A stretch of 64,000 bases of DNA from Leptogorgia sarmentosa (lineage: Eukaryota), in the NCBI GenBank assembly GCA_964658305.1, contig OZ210885.1, positions 21,514,001 to 21,578,000 of the forward strand, in the 5' to 3' direction. A program made the position numbers and the translations under genes. A model generated the notes under the pieces. That model saw nothing but the letters and a program-made list of their open reading frames with translations, did no database searches and was not told the origin of the DNA. Shown piece by piece: positions 13,426-27,801 of this stretch (position 1 is the stretch's first letter; every line of letters begins with the position of its first letter).

Positions 13426-15590
13426 ATATATCTAATATGAAGTCCATAAATAGACTACATTCTGCAGTTGCTTTAAAAGCTGCTCCGTTGTCCGACACGA
13501 TTCGTTTTGGTCTGGTCTAGCGATGAAAAGGTTAAGTTTTCGCTTGAATTCTTCCGCCGACTGTGTTTTCGTCAACTCTAAATGGACCGCTCTCGACGTC
13601 ACGCAGGTGAAAATAAGTATATAACACTTGGCATCTTCTTTCTTCCCTGCTTTATGCGTTAAAGGCCCCACAAAATCCACACCAGTTGTTTCGAATGGTC
13701 TTTCACTCTGAACACAGAAGGAGGGCAGATTAGCGGTTCTTGTGGGACCGAAGGGTTTCACTCGGAACACCTTGCACATGTTGCACTGGTTAATTATTCT
13801 CTTAACTTTTGTTCTCAACCGTTCAATCCACCAATTTTCACTGATAGCGGCCATCGTATTTGCTACTCCGAAATGATTTGTTTTTTTATGTATATGTTCG
13901 ATCAGCTTGTCAGTGAATTCTCCTTTCTCCAAATATATTGGTCGGTAATCCGGAATTCTACCTTTACACCGCAATAGACCACTTAACTCATCATGAACAA
14001 CTTCCCATCCAGGAGTCTGTAGACCCTCCGTCATGACGTCCTCCAATCAATACCGACCTGTTCCGTGATGACAGCGATCTTTCGCGTACGGTTGGACATG
14101 AACACTTTCCAGGGTTTCTCTGAGCTTTTAACCCAAAATAATGCCACCAGACTGTCCATCCATACTGTGACAGACACAATTGGCAAACCTCGTGGAGCTT
14201 CCACCAAATTCCTGGCCATGTTAGCCGCCATTTGCCCGCTGACCAAATCTAGCCTCGCAATCGATGTGTTCTGTTTTGCAATTCTCGACTTGGATGTTAA
14301 AAACCCCTTCACGATGCCACTGTTATGCTCGATGACAGCTATCGCAACGGTTGAACACGCTGTTAAGCTGGTGTCTGCAAAGAAGTGAAGATGGATTGTT
14401 TTCACCTTTCTTAGATCACGAGCGATGCTTCTTGGAATCTTTACATTCTTGAGTTGCCGTCACCACTTCAACCAATCTTTCACAGTACTACTGGACAATT
14501 CCCCATTCCATCCAACCCTCTCGTCAAATGCCTCCCTGTAGATCCATTTTCCTTCGACCATGGTAGGGGATATGATACCCAAGAATCTTTCAGAATCTGC
14601 CTTTTTGTTACTGGAGCTTCCATGTTAGGCGGTTTAACCTGGATCTCTAACGTGTCACTTCGTTTATCCCAATTATGTCCAAGAATCTTCGTGGGATTTT
14701 TCTCCTGGTCGAGCTCCTCGATGTTCGACTCCCATTGATGAACAGTAAACTTGGCTGTTTCTAGGATCTCGCTTGCTTCATATTTACACGTCATTAGCTC
14801 CTCAACTTCGCTTGCTGTCTTCATAAGATTGTCCACATAAGTATTCTGCTTCAATGCCTTCATTAGCAAGCCTTTCTCGTACCTTAGCTTTCACCAATTC
14901 TAGCAAGTAACCAAACTTCTCTGAATCAGATATAGACTTAGAGTCAACCTGCAACTTGAACATATTTTCGAATCTGATCTCCCGCACTGCCATCGAATGG
15001 GTATATCTTTAGCTCAGGTAATTTTGAAACACTCATCCTTGTTTCCCTTTCCAATTGCATTTTCTTCTCTGTCATTTCCCATTCAGCTTTCATTCTCTCT
15101 TCCCAGATCTGCTTTTCTTGTTCCAACATACGACCACGTAAAAACTGCTCTCTCTCCACTTTTCTCCTAGCCATCTCTTCTTCCTCTCTGATTTCCAAGG
15201 CCCGTACTAACATTGCTTGTTTGTCACTGAATGGCAGATATTCTGCTTTCAAATCTCTATTCCATTGTCTTATAGCCCTCAAAGTCTCTTTCCCCATCTC
15301 TATCTTTAACTCCTGCAACTCCAATACCTTACTCTGAATACCTTGGGTTCTCTTACACACTTGTTTCATTTCTTCAACATTATCCGTATCAAAGAGCTCT
15401 TGAACATCTTCTAAATAGAACTTAAGTTTCTCGATTTCTTTCCTGATTTTCTTCTCTCGCTCTTTCTCGTCCGTCGAAATCTCCCGCGACTTGTCTACAT
15501 CATTTGCTTCTTGCTCTTTGTCCGCCATCTTGAATCTTCAACTACAATACGAGTACTATCACGATTTATCCGCAAATAACTTGTTGTTTT

Positions 15591-15608
15591 ATCCTGGTCA
15601 CGGCACCA
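15591..15608 (-). promoter_or_regulatory. Primer-binding site, tRNA-His type
   Basis: TGGTGCCGTGACCAGGAT, 3 nt from the LTR-terminal CA. Confidence 0.85.
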
Positions 15609-16306
15609 AAATGTTCTGAATTTGTTCCAGCAACACTAAATCGCAATTCACAAGTGTTCTTCTCGTATAATAATTTATTAATAATAAGAAATTGAACAAA
15701 AATAACTAGTTAATGCTCACAGACTCACAATGTCAACACGTTTTTTTGTCCTGCATAATAGATAGATTTAGATCGAGGACGTTGACGTCAAGAAGACGTC
15801 AAATTGTCGAGAAAAGCCTGGGTCGAGGACGTCGTCTGCAATTTAAAAACAGACTTAGATGAATTTCTACGACGCCATGAAGGCTTGTAGAATTTTCTTT
15901 TGGAAGAGTGCATCCTTGATAAAATACCCGACTTCATAAAACTTTTGTGAACCCACTAAAAGTCGAAGACTATCTAAAGGTGAATTTTGAAGAAAAGCTT
16001 GAACTGCAAAGTGATTTGGACCGAGGCACAGAAATAATATGCAATGTTTACATTGTATGATTGTAATGATTGTATTTATTTACATGTCTCATTACGAAGA
16101 CTTTGTACAGGACACTTTATAGCAGACATTAGTTGGTGTTCTTTTATGATTCCCTTCGATATTTTTAATACTATTTCAGTTTTAAATATATATTTAGACG
16201 TTAAATGTCGTGGTGCTGTCGTGATATTAGTTGTAGTAGTTTTGTAGAGGTTTTTGCTAGCCCAAAAGTACATAGGTTTAATTAATTGTGGTGGAAAAAA
16301 TCCAAA

Positions 16307-17378
16307 ATGTCACATGGTTTACAATCTGTTCGTGATGCTATCGTTCTTGCTAGAGCTGGCCAATATATTTCTGATGCAGAGTTCATTTTACTTTTTGATT
16401 ACAACTGGTCAAAACCGTTGTTCCCATACTGGAAATTTGATGAATTTAATGTGGACACTTGGGATGATGAAGAATGCAGAACTGAACTACGGTTTGCCAA
16501 GGAAGATCTGTCTGTGTTGAAAACAGTGTTGGGAATTCCTGATAAAATCACGTGTCAGCAAGGGACAACATGCGCAGGAGACGAGGCACTTTGTATTTTG
16601 TTGAAGCGGTTTGCATACCCATGTAGATACTCGGATATGGTGAGCAGATTTGGTAGAAATCCTACAGAGCTGTTTGATTTTTAACAAAGTGTTGGATTTA
16701 GTGTATGAGCAACACCACCATCGCCTTCAAAGTTGGAATCAACCATTTTTGTCACCGGAAATCCTTCAAACGTATGCTGATGCCATTCACAATAAGGGTG
16801 CGCCACTGAATAACTGCTTTGGGTTCGTTGATGGTACTGTTCGACAAATTGCACGGCCAAAGTATCACCAAAGAATCATGTATAATGGTCATAAAAGAGT
16901 CCACTCAATGAAGTTTCAAAATGTTGTGCTACCCAATGGCCTAATTGGAAACCTTGATGGTCCCTATGAAGGTAAACGACATGACAGTATGATGCTCCAA
17001 CAATCTGGCCTCTTAACAAACCTACGGCAAGTTGCATTCTACAACAACAACCCCCTTTGCATATATGGTGATCCTGCTTATCCACTGGGTATTCATTTGC
17101 AAGCACCATTCAGGGAAAGAGATCTTACACCAGCAATGGTAGAGTTTAACAGGGAGATGAGTCGGGTTCGAGTTACTGTCGAGTGGATGTTTGGAAATAT
17201 TACCAAATATTTCAGCTTTGTTGATTTCAAAAGGCAAATGAAACTGCATCTGAGTCCTGTGGGAAAGATCTACACTGTGGCAGCATTGATGCAGAATGCT
17301 CATACCTGCTTGTATGAGAACATTGTATCACAGTTTTTTGATCTAAAACCTCCTTCAATTCATGAATATTTTTGGTAA
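16307..17378 (+). pseudogene. DDE_Tnp_4-type transposase, one frameshift near 16670
   Basis: LKRFAYPCRY..GFVDGT..YNGHKR..YGDPAY..RVTVEWMFG. Confidence 0.9.
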
Positions 17379-17577
17379 TGCACATTTACCTGCCTGTTTT
17401 GGTTATGAATTTGACAATGCCATGAGCTACCATGAATAAATTATTACATTTTAATATATATTAATATTGTATTTTACACACATTTACATTGTTTAACATT
17501 GTTTACTATTTAACAAATAGTACAAGGTAAAGTTAAAAATAGTTATTGAAAATGTTTCAGTGAATGTCAAATAATGA

Positions 17578-18170
17578 TTATAATTTTCTCTCCAACAAAT
17601 TTACCAACACATTTGTTTGCTGTTGTTGTTGTTGTTGCTGCTGTTGCAATTGCTGCTGCATGAACTGGTCAGACATCTTCATCTGCATCACCATCTGTTG
17701 TTGTGTCTGGTGCATGGCTTGTGTCATTTCTTCATGCTGGACCCTCTGAATTTCTTGGTAGTCTCTCTCTTCTTCCTGTCTTGCCTTTTTCTCTTCTTTC
17801 TCCATCTCTACTCTATGTTGCAACCATTTCATCATTTCCCCTGATCTTCTTCTCTTTGTTTCCTGCCCACTGCTTTCACCCGTCTGTCTTGCCCTCTTCC
17901 TAGTTTGTCCAAGTGTCTCCATTGCCCGTTCTCTCATCTCCAGTGCTTGACCTCGCTCGTTTTTTTTTTTATTTGACATGACACCCTCTGCTGCAATTTC
18001 TTTCAGCAGGATTAAATCTTTTGCCTTTGACCATATCATGCTAAAAATGGTGAAGTCATATGATTCATTCAAGTATTTAATACTGTAGGCCATAGCAATG
18101 TTGTAATTTGTTTGATTTCTTTACCTTTTCTTTGGAGATTTCTTGTTCTCTTCCGGTAAAACTGACATCT
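17578..18170 (-). pseudogene. Accessory Myb/SANT-like plus coiled-coil/polyQ ORF, internally deleted
   Basis: WSKAKDLILLKEI..ERGQA joined to EMRERAMETLG; homologous to 22598-23336. Confidence 0.7.
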
Positions 18171-18784
18171 CTACCCCTAAACAAATAAAAAAAAAGTGTA
18201 CATTTTATTTACTTTTAAAACTAAGCAAAGTACAGAAGAAAAACAAAATCTATTCAATATTCAGAAAAAAAACCCCCGAATCCCCCGGAACGATATATCA
18301 CAAATAAATGCAGGTTTAAAAATTAAATAAGTAATGTCATTCCTATCGGCATCAAACAACACAATATATTGTTTCTTGTTGTGTTTGTTTTGAGACATAA
18401 TCAGCCATATTTCATAAAGCCGGAAACAAATATGCCACATCTTGCTCTGTTAATTATGCGCATATTAAACACCATACGCGCATATTATGTTGATATGAGG
18501 GGAAAATAACACATCGCCAACATTATTAACGGAATTTTTGTTGTGAACATACCTTTTTCGTCTGTAAAAATCAAAAAAAAAACTGACGTCCTAGACACGA
18601 CGTGAAAAATTGATTTTGACGTCCTGAAAAGTGCTAAGACGACGTCGCCATCGATGACAACGCCACATTTTCCCGGCATATGACGCAATCTCCCGTCCTG
18701 TTACCGTCGACGTCCTCGATCTAAATCTATCTAATAATAAGGAGGTCGCCTGCGAACAGGCGCCAACCACAGTTCTATATATAT

Positions 18785-19097
18785 ATATTGTTCCTCTCAT
18801 CCTCATCAAGTATGAGTACAAGGTTTCTATGAGTTTGCAAACTCCAATTATCGTACTGTCAGAAATTTGATCAATCCAAACACATTAGATAATAATACCT
18901 ATGGAGTAGATGACGAAGGACCCCTGCCTGAAGTCCAAACAGGAAATAATGTTGTGGTTCCAGAATCTGAAATTATTCTTACAAGAGAACAATGGGCTTC
19001 GCTTCGAACATTAGTTAACCCATGAGATAATGAACATGGCAAGTTGCTCTATTTAAATGCTTGTGGAATAATTGATATTTATGTAAATCAAAATTGA
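18785..19097 (+). pseudogene. C-terminal fragment of IS3-like integrase-core protein (copy 2)
   Basis: Manual translation PHQV*VQGF...YGVDDEGPLPEVQTGNNVVVPESEI...DNEHGKLLYL; not in the ORF track because of stops. Confidence 0.75.
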
Positions 19098-19240
19098 ACT
19101 GCTGAAAGTTATTAATTTGCTAATTAGCTAAGAGAACACTGCTTTTTTGCAAAACATCAACATGTTTATATTTTCATGACCCATACAAACCAAAACAATG
19201 TAGCATTGAACATACTATTAATACAGTAATAATAACATAC

Positions 19241-19415
19241 TGTAATCCTTCGACAGGTTCGCGGTTTAGACAAAAACTCACACGTAGTATTTCAACAATT
19301 AACACATTTATTGCCAGGCTACGCCTTTTTGTATCAGGCTCACTCATGCATACTTGAAGGAATTTGCATATGTATCCCACGCTATAATATAATAATAATA
19401 GTGTCTCTCACAACA
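19241..19415 (-). repeat. Gypsy 3' LTR
   Basis: Near-identical to 27802-27978. Confidence 0.95.
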
Positions 19416-20826
19416 TTACCCTCCCCCAAGTTTCTTCGTCCTCGAAGTGACTTACAAATGAAAAAGCATGTCTACTTAATTGGTCACACCCAGCCGTATT
19501 GGCTCATGTCGCCGTCTTGTGCTTCTTCGCCGAATGTCATGCGGGCTTGTCCCTGTTGTATTTGATGGACTTGGGAATCCTTCTGCCTTTGACGTAGAGG
19601 TTTTCCCTGCCCTAGCGAACGGACCAATTGACTCTGTTTGTGGCATCCATGATTGGGGGTTTGGTCCAGTATAACTTCGTAATCGGTTACGATGCACAAT
19701 ACTCGGTTTACTATGGGGAGTGTCTTGGATCTTGTAAACCAGATCATTTATTTTCTTCACCACCGTGAGTGGACCTTTCCAATTCCTTGCCAGTTTTGGA
19801 GACAATCCCTTCTTCCTTCGAGGTGTATGCAACCAAACGTTATCACCTCTTTCAAACCCTGCAGATGTTGGGTTAACATCATATTGATTCTTCATTCTTT
19901 CGTTCGATATCGCCAATCGTTCCCTTGCAAAAGTGTGAGCCCGCTCGAGACTTTCACTTAGCTCCTTGCCATAGTCCGTTACACAAGACTCATTACCATC
20001 TGGAGGTAGGCCATAAAGCAGATCCAGCGGTATTCGCAGCTCATGTCCCATCATTAGCTTCGCCGGAGTTACACCTGTCGATTCATGGACTGCCGTTCAG
20101 TACGCCACCAAAACCATAGGAACATGTTCATCCCAGTCTGATTGATTTTCCTCGACAAACATTCACAGCTGACTAGCCAGTGTTCTGTTATAACGCTCTA
20201 CCATCCCGTCCGATTGAGCATGGTACGGTGTTGTTCGCGCCTTATGGATGCCAAATATCTTGCATATTCGCTCCAACCATATATAATTTGAACGGAGCTC
20301 GCGGTTTTCGTACTGGACCCTTACGAGAGGAACACATGTCGCACTTCTTGCACCATCGTTTAACATCCGTTCTCATATGATGCCAATAGAATCTCTGTTT
20401 TAACCGCTTGTGCGTCTTAGTCACTCCAAAATGACCACTACTTGGGTTCCCGTGTGACTCATCCAATACTTCTCGGCACACTGCTTTTGGAACAGTGAGC
20501 TGTAAACAAGACATTCCGGCTGAGGTGCCTTCCCAAAACCGGTATAAGCAGTTGCTATGCATCCTTAAACTATCCCATTGCGCCCAAAGGATTTTCGTCG
20601 CGTACAAGCGGTGAGACAATAGAGAGCTTTAGATTGGACTACGAGGACGACTATGAGTTTGACCGACGGGGGCCTGGGTTCTACACTTAAGTAGCGGTAG
20701 TCGTAGTCGGTTGTTCATTCTTTTAAGATGGCTACTACGACTACGACTACAGGTCTGTGTCGTAGCAATCGAGCTGTCGTGACAGTTGTACTTGTACAGT
20801 GTTACTTCAGGTTTTTGTTTGTGAAA

Positions 20827-22145
20827 ATGTACTGCAATAAGGCAATTTTTGAAACGGCAGCAGTGCTTTTTACTCAAGAATGCATGAGCGAAGAAGACTT
20901 TCTCGTTGTTTACGAATTGACAAGGCGAAAATCGCCAGAATTTCCATATTGGCAATATGAACATATCGATGCTCAGTTGCAACAGATGAATGCCTGTCAG
21001 AATTCAGGGTAAATTTATCCGAGTTGTATACGCTGGCCGAAGTGCTCAGAATTCCAGAATATTTTCATTGTCCCAATGGAACAGTAGCTACTGGTCTGGA
21101 AGGATTGTGTGTCATGTTGAAATGATTTGCCTACCCTTGTCGGTTTAGCGACATGATGCACAGATTTGGAAGATCGGTTCCTGAGCTGAGCCTTATAGCT
21201 TCGGAGGTGACTGACTTCGTGTACGATAATCATGGTTACCTTTTGCGCACATTAGACCAACCATGGCTTGCGCCCCAATATCTCGAGGATTTCGCCGATG
21301 CAATTCATAACCGCGGTGTGCCCCTAACGAATTGCTGGGGTTTCATTGATGGAACTGTCAGGCCTATGTGTCGTCCAGGTCAACATCAGCGAGTCGTTTA
21401 CAACGGCCACAAACGGGTGCATGCTCTAAAATTCCAGTCTGTTGTGGCGCCAAATGGGCTAATTGCAAATTTGTATGGACCAGTAGGTAAGGTCAAAGGT
21501 TGATAATGGTTACAAAATTAGACTATTAGATTTAATATAGATTATTATTATTATTATTGATTGTAAAGTATTGTTAGGCATTAATGAATTCATGACAGGA
21601 ATATAATATATTACACTTGCATTAGTAAATAATCAGAAATATGCAAGCTTGGATTAGTTGGATATATTGAAAAGCTATTGGTATTACCAGCATGGTATAA
21701 TTATAAATTGTTTCACAACATAGAGGGGAAAAGACATGATGCTGGCATGCTGAGAATGTCAGGATTGCTGGGATTGCTAGAAGGTCACTGCAACACAGCA
21801 GCTGGGGAACCACTCTGTATTTATGGTGATCCAGCATATCCATTGAGGCGGCATCTTCAAGCACCCTATAGAGAGGGGAATTTAACAGATGACCAGAAGG
21901 CATTTAACTCTTCAATGAGTTCAGTTAGAGTTGCAGTCGAGTGGGTGTTTGGTGACATCACCAAATATTTTGCTTTTATTAACTTTAAACATAACTTGAA
22001 GGTTAGTTTAAGTCCAATAGGCAAGATGTATTCTGTTTGTGCACTGTTCAGGAATGCCCTCACATGTCTTCATGGTTCAACAACAGGTTCATTTTTTGAC
22101 CTTGCCCCACCATCCATTCTTGAATATTTTCAGACAAATGTATGA
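20827..22145 (+). pseudogene. DDE_Tnp_4-type transposase with intron 21487-21723; stop and frameshifts in the 5' part
   Basis: GFIDGT..YNGHKR..LYGPV^EGKRHD..YGDPAY..VEWVFG; GT..AG intron restores the frame. Confidence 0.88.
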
Positions 22146-22597
22146 AATTGTTATAATAGTTGTTATATATTAATCAGGAAATTTATCATTGGTGGTCATA
22201 TGAAATTGTCTGGCCCCCTTTAAAGTTCAGGCTACTCAATATAGAGTTTACTATCTTTTCTTAACACAGCCAACTTCTTTTACTCTAATATTTGTCAAAT
22301 TGCCAGACAATTTTACTTATTAATATTTAATGAAGGCCATCACCTTTTAGAAAAAAACTCTGTAGTGAACAGTTCATGACATTAAAGAGCTGGAAATGTA
22401 TTATTTCACAATTATAAACTATTTTAATGGTGTTATCTATGTAAAGTTCAATTGAACACATTGTTGAACAATGTTTTATAGTAAATAATTAATAATGTAA
22501 CAATAGGTTTTGATTAAATTCATTAAGATGTAACTGTTTATATACAATAAAATCAGAATGGTATATATGACACCTGAAACAATGTCAGTTTATTACT

Positions 22598-23336
22598 TTA
22601 TTTTTTAATGTTTGAAACAAGTTCAGACAAAGCATTAACAATTGCCATGGTCACAGCTTGTTGCTGTGTTTGAAATTGCTGCTGTTGTTCCAACAGGCTT
22701 TGTTGGAATTGCTGCTGCATATTCATTTGCTGCTCTCTCAACCTCATCTCTCGCTCTTTAAATTCTCTGTCCGCATCCTCTCTACCCTTTGTCACCCTCA
22801 CCGATTCCTGTAGTATTTCCACCAGATCTCCACTTTTTCTTCGTTTCCCCTCAGGCGTCCTGCCATTAGCTCCATCTTCATCATTCGCCCTTTTCTTCGT
22901 TTAACCTAGCCTCTCCACTGCTCGCTTCCTCATCTCCTCTGCCGTCTGTTGATCCTGATTTTGCCTCTGAATCTGCCTCTGCCTTTCTTGCTCGTTGACT
23001 TCCTCGCACTCTGCCATCCTCTCCAGAATATCCAACAAAGCTTGATCTTTCTCGCTGTACTCCACATCAACCCCACTTGCTCTTTGCTCTACTGCCTCTT
23101 TCTTTTTGAAACTCAATCATTCTTGAGAATTTCTCCCTCACCGACCTCTGGTTTACCTTCATTCCAAATCCCCCTTCCAGATCAGACGCTATTGCAGTCC
23201 ATGCCGCTCCTCTCTCCTTTGAACTTTTGAATTGGTATGGCTGGTGCACTATCACTTCTCGCAGTAAAAACATTTCGTGGTTTTCACGCCACACGAAAAT
23301 ACCCCTTTTTCCCGTTTCGCTAGATTGATTTTCCAT
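22598..23336 (-). pseudogene. Accessory Myb/SANT-like plus coiled-coil/Q-rich ORF
   Basis: WRENHEMFLLREV..ERGAAWTAIA..RSVREKF; split by a frameshift and a stop. Confidence 0.75.
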
Positions 23337-26300
23337 CTGTAATAAAAATATAAAATAACTAATTAATCATTTAATACATACAGAAATAATATATTACACA
23401 TACAAATGTCAAATGAAAATTTTTAAAAAAACAGTATTAAAATTGTGAATACTGAATAATAATAAGCAAATATTGTCAGGGGGGAATACAAACAAAAATT
23501 GCAGGGGAGGAATTTTAATAATTTAACTGGTGTAACTTCTGTTTCCGCTTTAAATTGAAACAATAAAGTATAATTGTATTTAGCAATATTCAAAATTCAT
23601 AAAAATGGTTAAAAGCGCTTACCTTGAGGTCTTTTACAACTCCTAGTGAGGACTACCAGATTTCGCAAAAATCTCGTACTAGACAAGGCGACGGCTACGA
23701 CTTCTTTGCGCAGTACGAAGTCACGACAGCAAAATATGACGCAATTAGCGCGCAAATGGCGAATTTCGTAGTTGTAGTCGTCCTCGTAGTCAAATCTAAA
23801 GCTCTCTAATGGACCAATCAGGACGGTCAATACCTGCTTCTAACCAATCAATTATGGGTTTCAAGTCCTCATCCTGCCGTTGCAAAGTCTGGAAATCAGC
23901 GGCGGTCGATTCTCCTTCACTAATCACATCTTCCCTGTTTGGCACCATCGACACATGACGTGTGACATCCGCAACGCAGTAATCTCTAGGAGCGCTAGGA
24001 TTTCCAAAACGGGCTGCACTTTCAACTTTTTGGCAATATTGACAGTCGGTTGCAAGACAAGGACGACGCGATAGTGCATCTGCATTACCATGGGATTTAC
24101 CAGCTCGATAAATAACGACAAAGTCATATTGTTGAAGTTTCTGCAGCCACCTCGCTAACTGTCCCTGAACGTTCCTGAAATTGCAGAGCCGAATGGTCTG
24201 TCCTTACCGTGAATTTCTGTCCGTATAAGTAATAATGAAAGTGTTCAACAGCTGCAACAACAGCTAAAAGTTCCTTCCGCGTAATACAATAATTCCTCTC
24301 CGCCTTGTTCAGCATCCTGCTATAATATCCTATCACGCGCTACTCACCCCCTTGTATTTGTGATAACACAGCACCTATGCCATAATTCGACGCGTCAGTG
24401 TCCAAAATAAATTCCTCTCCAGGACAAGGGTAGGTAAGAATTGGAGTCGTCGTCAGTCGGTCGATTAACGTGTCCCTTGAAATCTGACACTCATTCGTCC
24501 AAACAAACGGTGTCCCTTTCGTTAACAATTGATTCAACGGATGGGTTAATTCAGCAAATGACTTCACAAAACGCCGATAATACGAACAGAGTCCCAGGAA
24601 ACTTCTCAATTCAGATGTATTTCGCGGAACAGGCCAGTTCTTCACTGCCTCGACTTTACTCGGATCAGTTGCTATTCCGTCTTTGCTTATTTTGTGTCCA
24701 AGGTAGTTGACTTCGTCTTGGAAGACGAAGCATTTCTTGGGGTTTAGCTTCAGCTTCGCATCTCTCATCCGGTTGAAGACTTCACGTAGACGACTTAGCT
24801 CCTCTTCGAAGGACTTTCCATGTACTATTATATCATCAAGATATACCAGACATACATTCCACGGTAGACCCATCAAAACTTGCTCGATAAGCCTCTCAAA
24901 GGTTGCTGGAGTGTTACAGAGTCTGAACGGCATTACCAGGAACTGCCATAACCCTTCACCGGTAGAAAATGCTGTCTTCTCTTTATCTGCCTCGTCCAGT
25001 TCCACCTGCCAGTATCCACTTTTCAAGTCCAAGGTAGAGAACCAGGAGGAACCAAAGAATGCGTGGAGACCGGCCTCAACTCTTGGTAGTGGATATGAAC
25101 CTTTCTTCGTAATAGCATTAAGTTTCCTGTAGTCCACGAAGAAACGAGTACTTCCATCTTTCTTCCAAACCAAAACAACAGGAGAAACCCATGGACTGCT
25201 GGAGGCCTCTGACTCCTTGTTCCACCATATTCTTAATTTCTTTCAATGCCTCTTCTCTTTTTGCCAAGGGAGGAATTCTCGGCGGTTGCTTGATTGGTGC
25301 ATTTGTTCCCACATCGATCTTGTGCTTGATCAAACCGGTCCTACCAAGGTCGTTCTTATCTTTGGAAAACACATCCTGGTATTCTAGCAAAAGTTTCTTC
25401 AGTTCCTCACGGTGGTTAACATTTAAGCTTCCTTTGCTTCAATTATACAAATCGGAAAGATGCGCTGGAAGGTCCATGTGAACCCCTATATCAACAGGTG
25501 AAGTCTCCCGTCCGTCCTGATTGACGACGCAGTCTATTGGTTCAAAGTCGGCTATTTCTGTGCCTTTCTTTACAAAACGTCTTTCGTCCGATAAGTTTAT
25601 CACTCGAACCGGGAGATCTTTAGATTTTTGTACATCAACTAATGTTCTCCCCACCAAAATACCTTTCGAGGTTGTCTTTCCTCCTTTTAATTTGACGGGC
25701 CCTACGCTTCCCCAAGTATCAGACACTTGTCCGTCAAGAAATCCAAAAATAAGGCAATCAGACCTCGCAGGGATTTCCACCGTCTCTGCAGCAACCACTC
25801 TGCAGCAGCGGCCTTGAGTTCCCCATCTAGCACTGATTAAAGGAATATCGACAGCTCCAATATGGAGAACCGCGCCAGCCACGTCTACTTGGCAATCGTG
25901 GGCCATTAGAAAATCAAGTCTGAGTATACATGGGTCGGTAATTTCAGCAAGCCAAACTTCTTGCTCCGTTTCATAGCCACCCAGGCGAAACTTCAAGCAA
26001 GTTTACCGTTTACCAGTTACCGTCCGTAGAAAACTTTCCACCGGTAAAATTTTGTTCCGCAAGATCTCACCCTTCACATCTGGTCGGACTATTGTTATGT
26101 TCGAACCAGTACCCACCACAAACTGACACACAACATCTTCAATTTCCCCTTGAACCCGCAGACTGTCCGTCAGGTTGAGGATTTTCCCAGTCTTAACAAT
26201 GAACGTTGGAGCATTTAAGATTGGTCTATCAGCTCCTCGATCCCAGCTTGGGTAAGTTTCCCGACGCTCGATTTCCTGGAGTAAATTCTTCATTATTATT

Positions 26301-27801
26301 TGTTCTCCTGGGGGGCACTTCATCTTTGGGGGCTCGGTAACGGGAAGGAGACTTCTACGGACAATTCTTACGAATATGATCTGGGGCACCGTATTCCCAA
26401 CAACCAGTTCTAGAACGATTTCGTTGTGTCCCTTGCGACCCAAGTGCAGCGACAACACTTTTGAGGCACTCCCGCATGGTGGTTTCCAAACGTTCAATCA
26501 GCTGTATGACACTAGGTAGACTTTCTTCATTCTGCCTGGCATTCGGATTCCCACATCCCGTAATGGCTTTCAATTTGTCAGGTTGCTCATCGATCATGGC
26601 TTCCCGCGACGTTCGGTAATATCGTTGCTTGCTCGCAAGTTGGAAAGACTCCAATTCTAAGGCAACTTCTAATGCATGCTGCAGGGTTTTCGGTGTGTGC
26701 TGCTTTATCCTTAATCTTGTACCCTCTTCTGCCAAGGCGTCAACAAACTGATCCCTGCTCAGGCTGTTCTGCAATATCTGTAGGAGCATCCAGGTAGGCC
26801 AGTCTCCCGAGCCGTTCAAGATCTTCGGACAGGGCGGCCAAGCTTTCGTCCTTCTGTCTCACCCGATTTTTAAACCGTACCCTGTAGAGCTCCGTCTTAT
26901 GCGCCGTACCATATCGACTTTCCAGTGCTGTCACCAGTGCTGTATAGTCTTGTCGACGATCGACTGGCAGATTACTGAGGATATTTAATGCTGGACCCTT
27001 CAAGCTTGTCGCCAGGAAAGCGGCTTTCTGTTGCTCAGACCAACCATTTAGCTGTGCCGTTATCTCGAATTGAGCGGCATACGAATCCCAACAAGAGTCA
27101 CCACTATAAGGCATAGGACGTTGCACCAGCCTTGCTTCACCACCGAAGCTGTTGTCTTCAACCCGAGGCGTTTTGACCGTTTTCTGCTTAGGACGAATTG
27201 AACATTAAAGGACTGGCAGCAAGATTCGGGATAGAAGGCAGCTTACGCCCACTGCCCCTTGGCGTAGACAATTGTTGAACCTCATGCAAATCGGACTCTT
27301 GTTTTCGAAGTTGCGCTTGAATTGAGGTGACTTTGTCAGTGACTTCTCCTTTTAGCTCCGTATACAATTCAGCTATTATTTCAGCTTGAACTGATCTGGC
27401 TCTTTCTTCAACCAAATCCCACTCTGCTGCTCGTTTCTCCAACTCAGCTAGCCGATTTGCCAATCTGTGCGTTGAGTGGTCAACCATTTCGCATCTTTGT
27501 TCAATTTTCTCAACTCTAACACGAATATCATCAAGTGCCTTCTTGGTAGCGGCACATGTTTGTTCATTCCGTTTTATTTCACCCTGCTGAAGGATCCTTT
27601 GCTTGCACAACATTGATATCTGCTCGTCTCATCTTTCGTAAAGCGGTCGTAACCAGTGTCTGGCATCAAACTCAGCCGATGCAGGTTCCGGTTCACTGTT
27701 TGGCAATTTGTCGCCGTTTAACAAGCCAGCACGGCCTTTATCCCCTTCTAGCTCAGTGTCCGACATGCTTACTCCTAGTATATCCAGGCGGGGTTGCCAA
27801 A

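Larger units (their letters stand above)
15760..18732 (+). mobile_element. Complete Pangu-type PIF/Harbinger transposon (copy A)
   Basis: TIR AGATAGATTTAGATCGAGGACGT at both ends; AAT TSD (15757-15759, 18733-18735); GACGTC subterminal repeats; two convergent ORFs. Confidence 0.92.
13460..18771 (-). mobile_element. Internally deleted BEL/Pao element; 5' LTR 15612-18771 split by a Harbinger insertion; 3' end missing
   Basis: gag 14944-15528, RT TYVDNL, RNase H FADTS/WMDS, integrase GVDFVGP; LTR TG..CA next to a PBS. Confidence 0.88.
20621..23807 (+). mobile_element. Complete Pangu-type PIF/Harbinger transposon (copy B), nested in Gypsy pol
   Basis: TIR AGAGAGCTTTAGATT(G/T)GACTACGAGGACGACTA; AAT TSD (20618-20620, 23808-23810); GACTAC subterminal repeats. 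Confidence 0.93.

Noticed and set aside
17564..17844. Poly-Cys and poly-Leu ORFs (also 58421-58725)
   Set aside because: Alternative-frame readings of CAA/CAG microsatellites.
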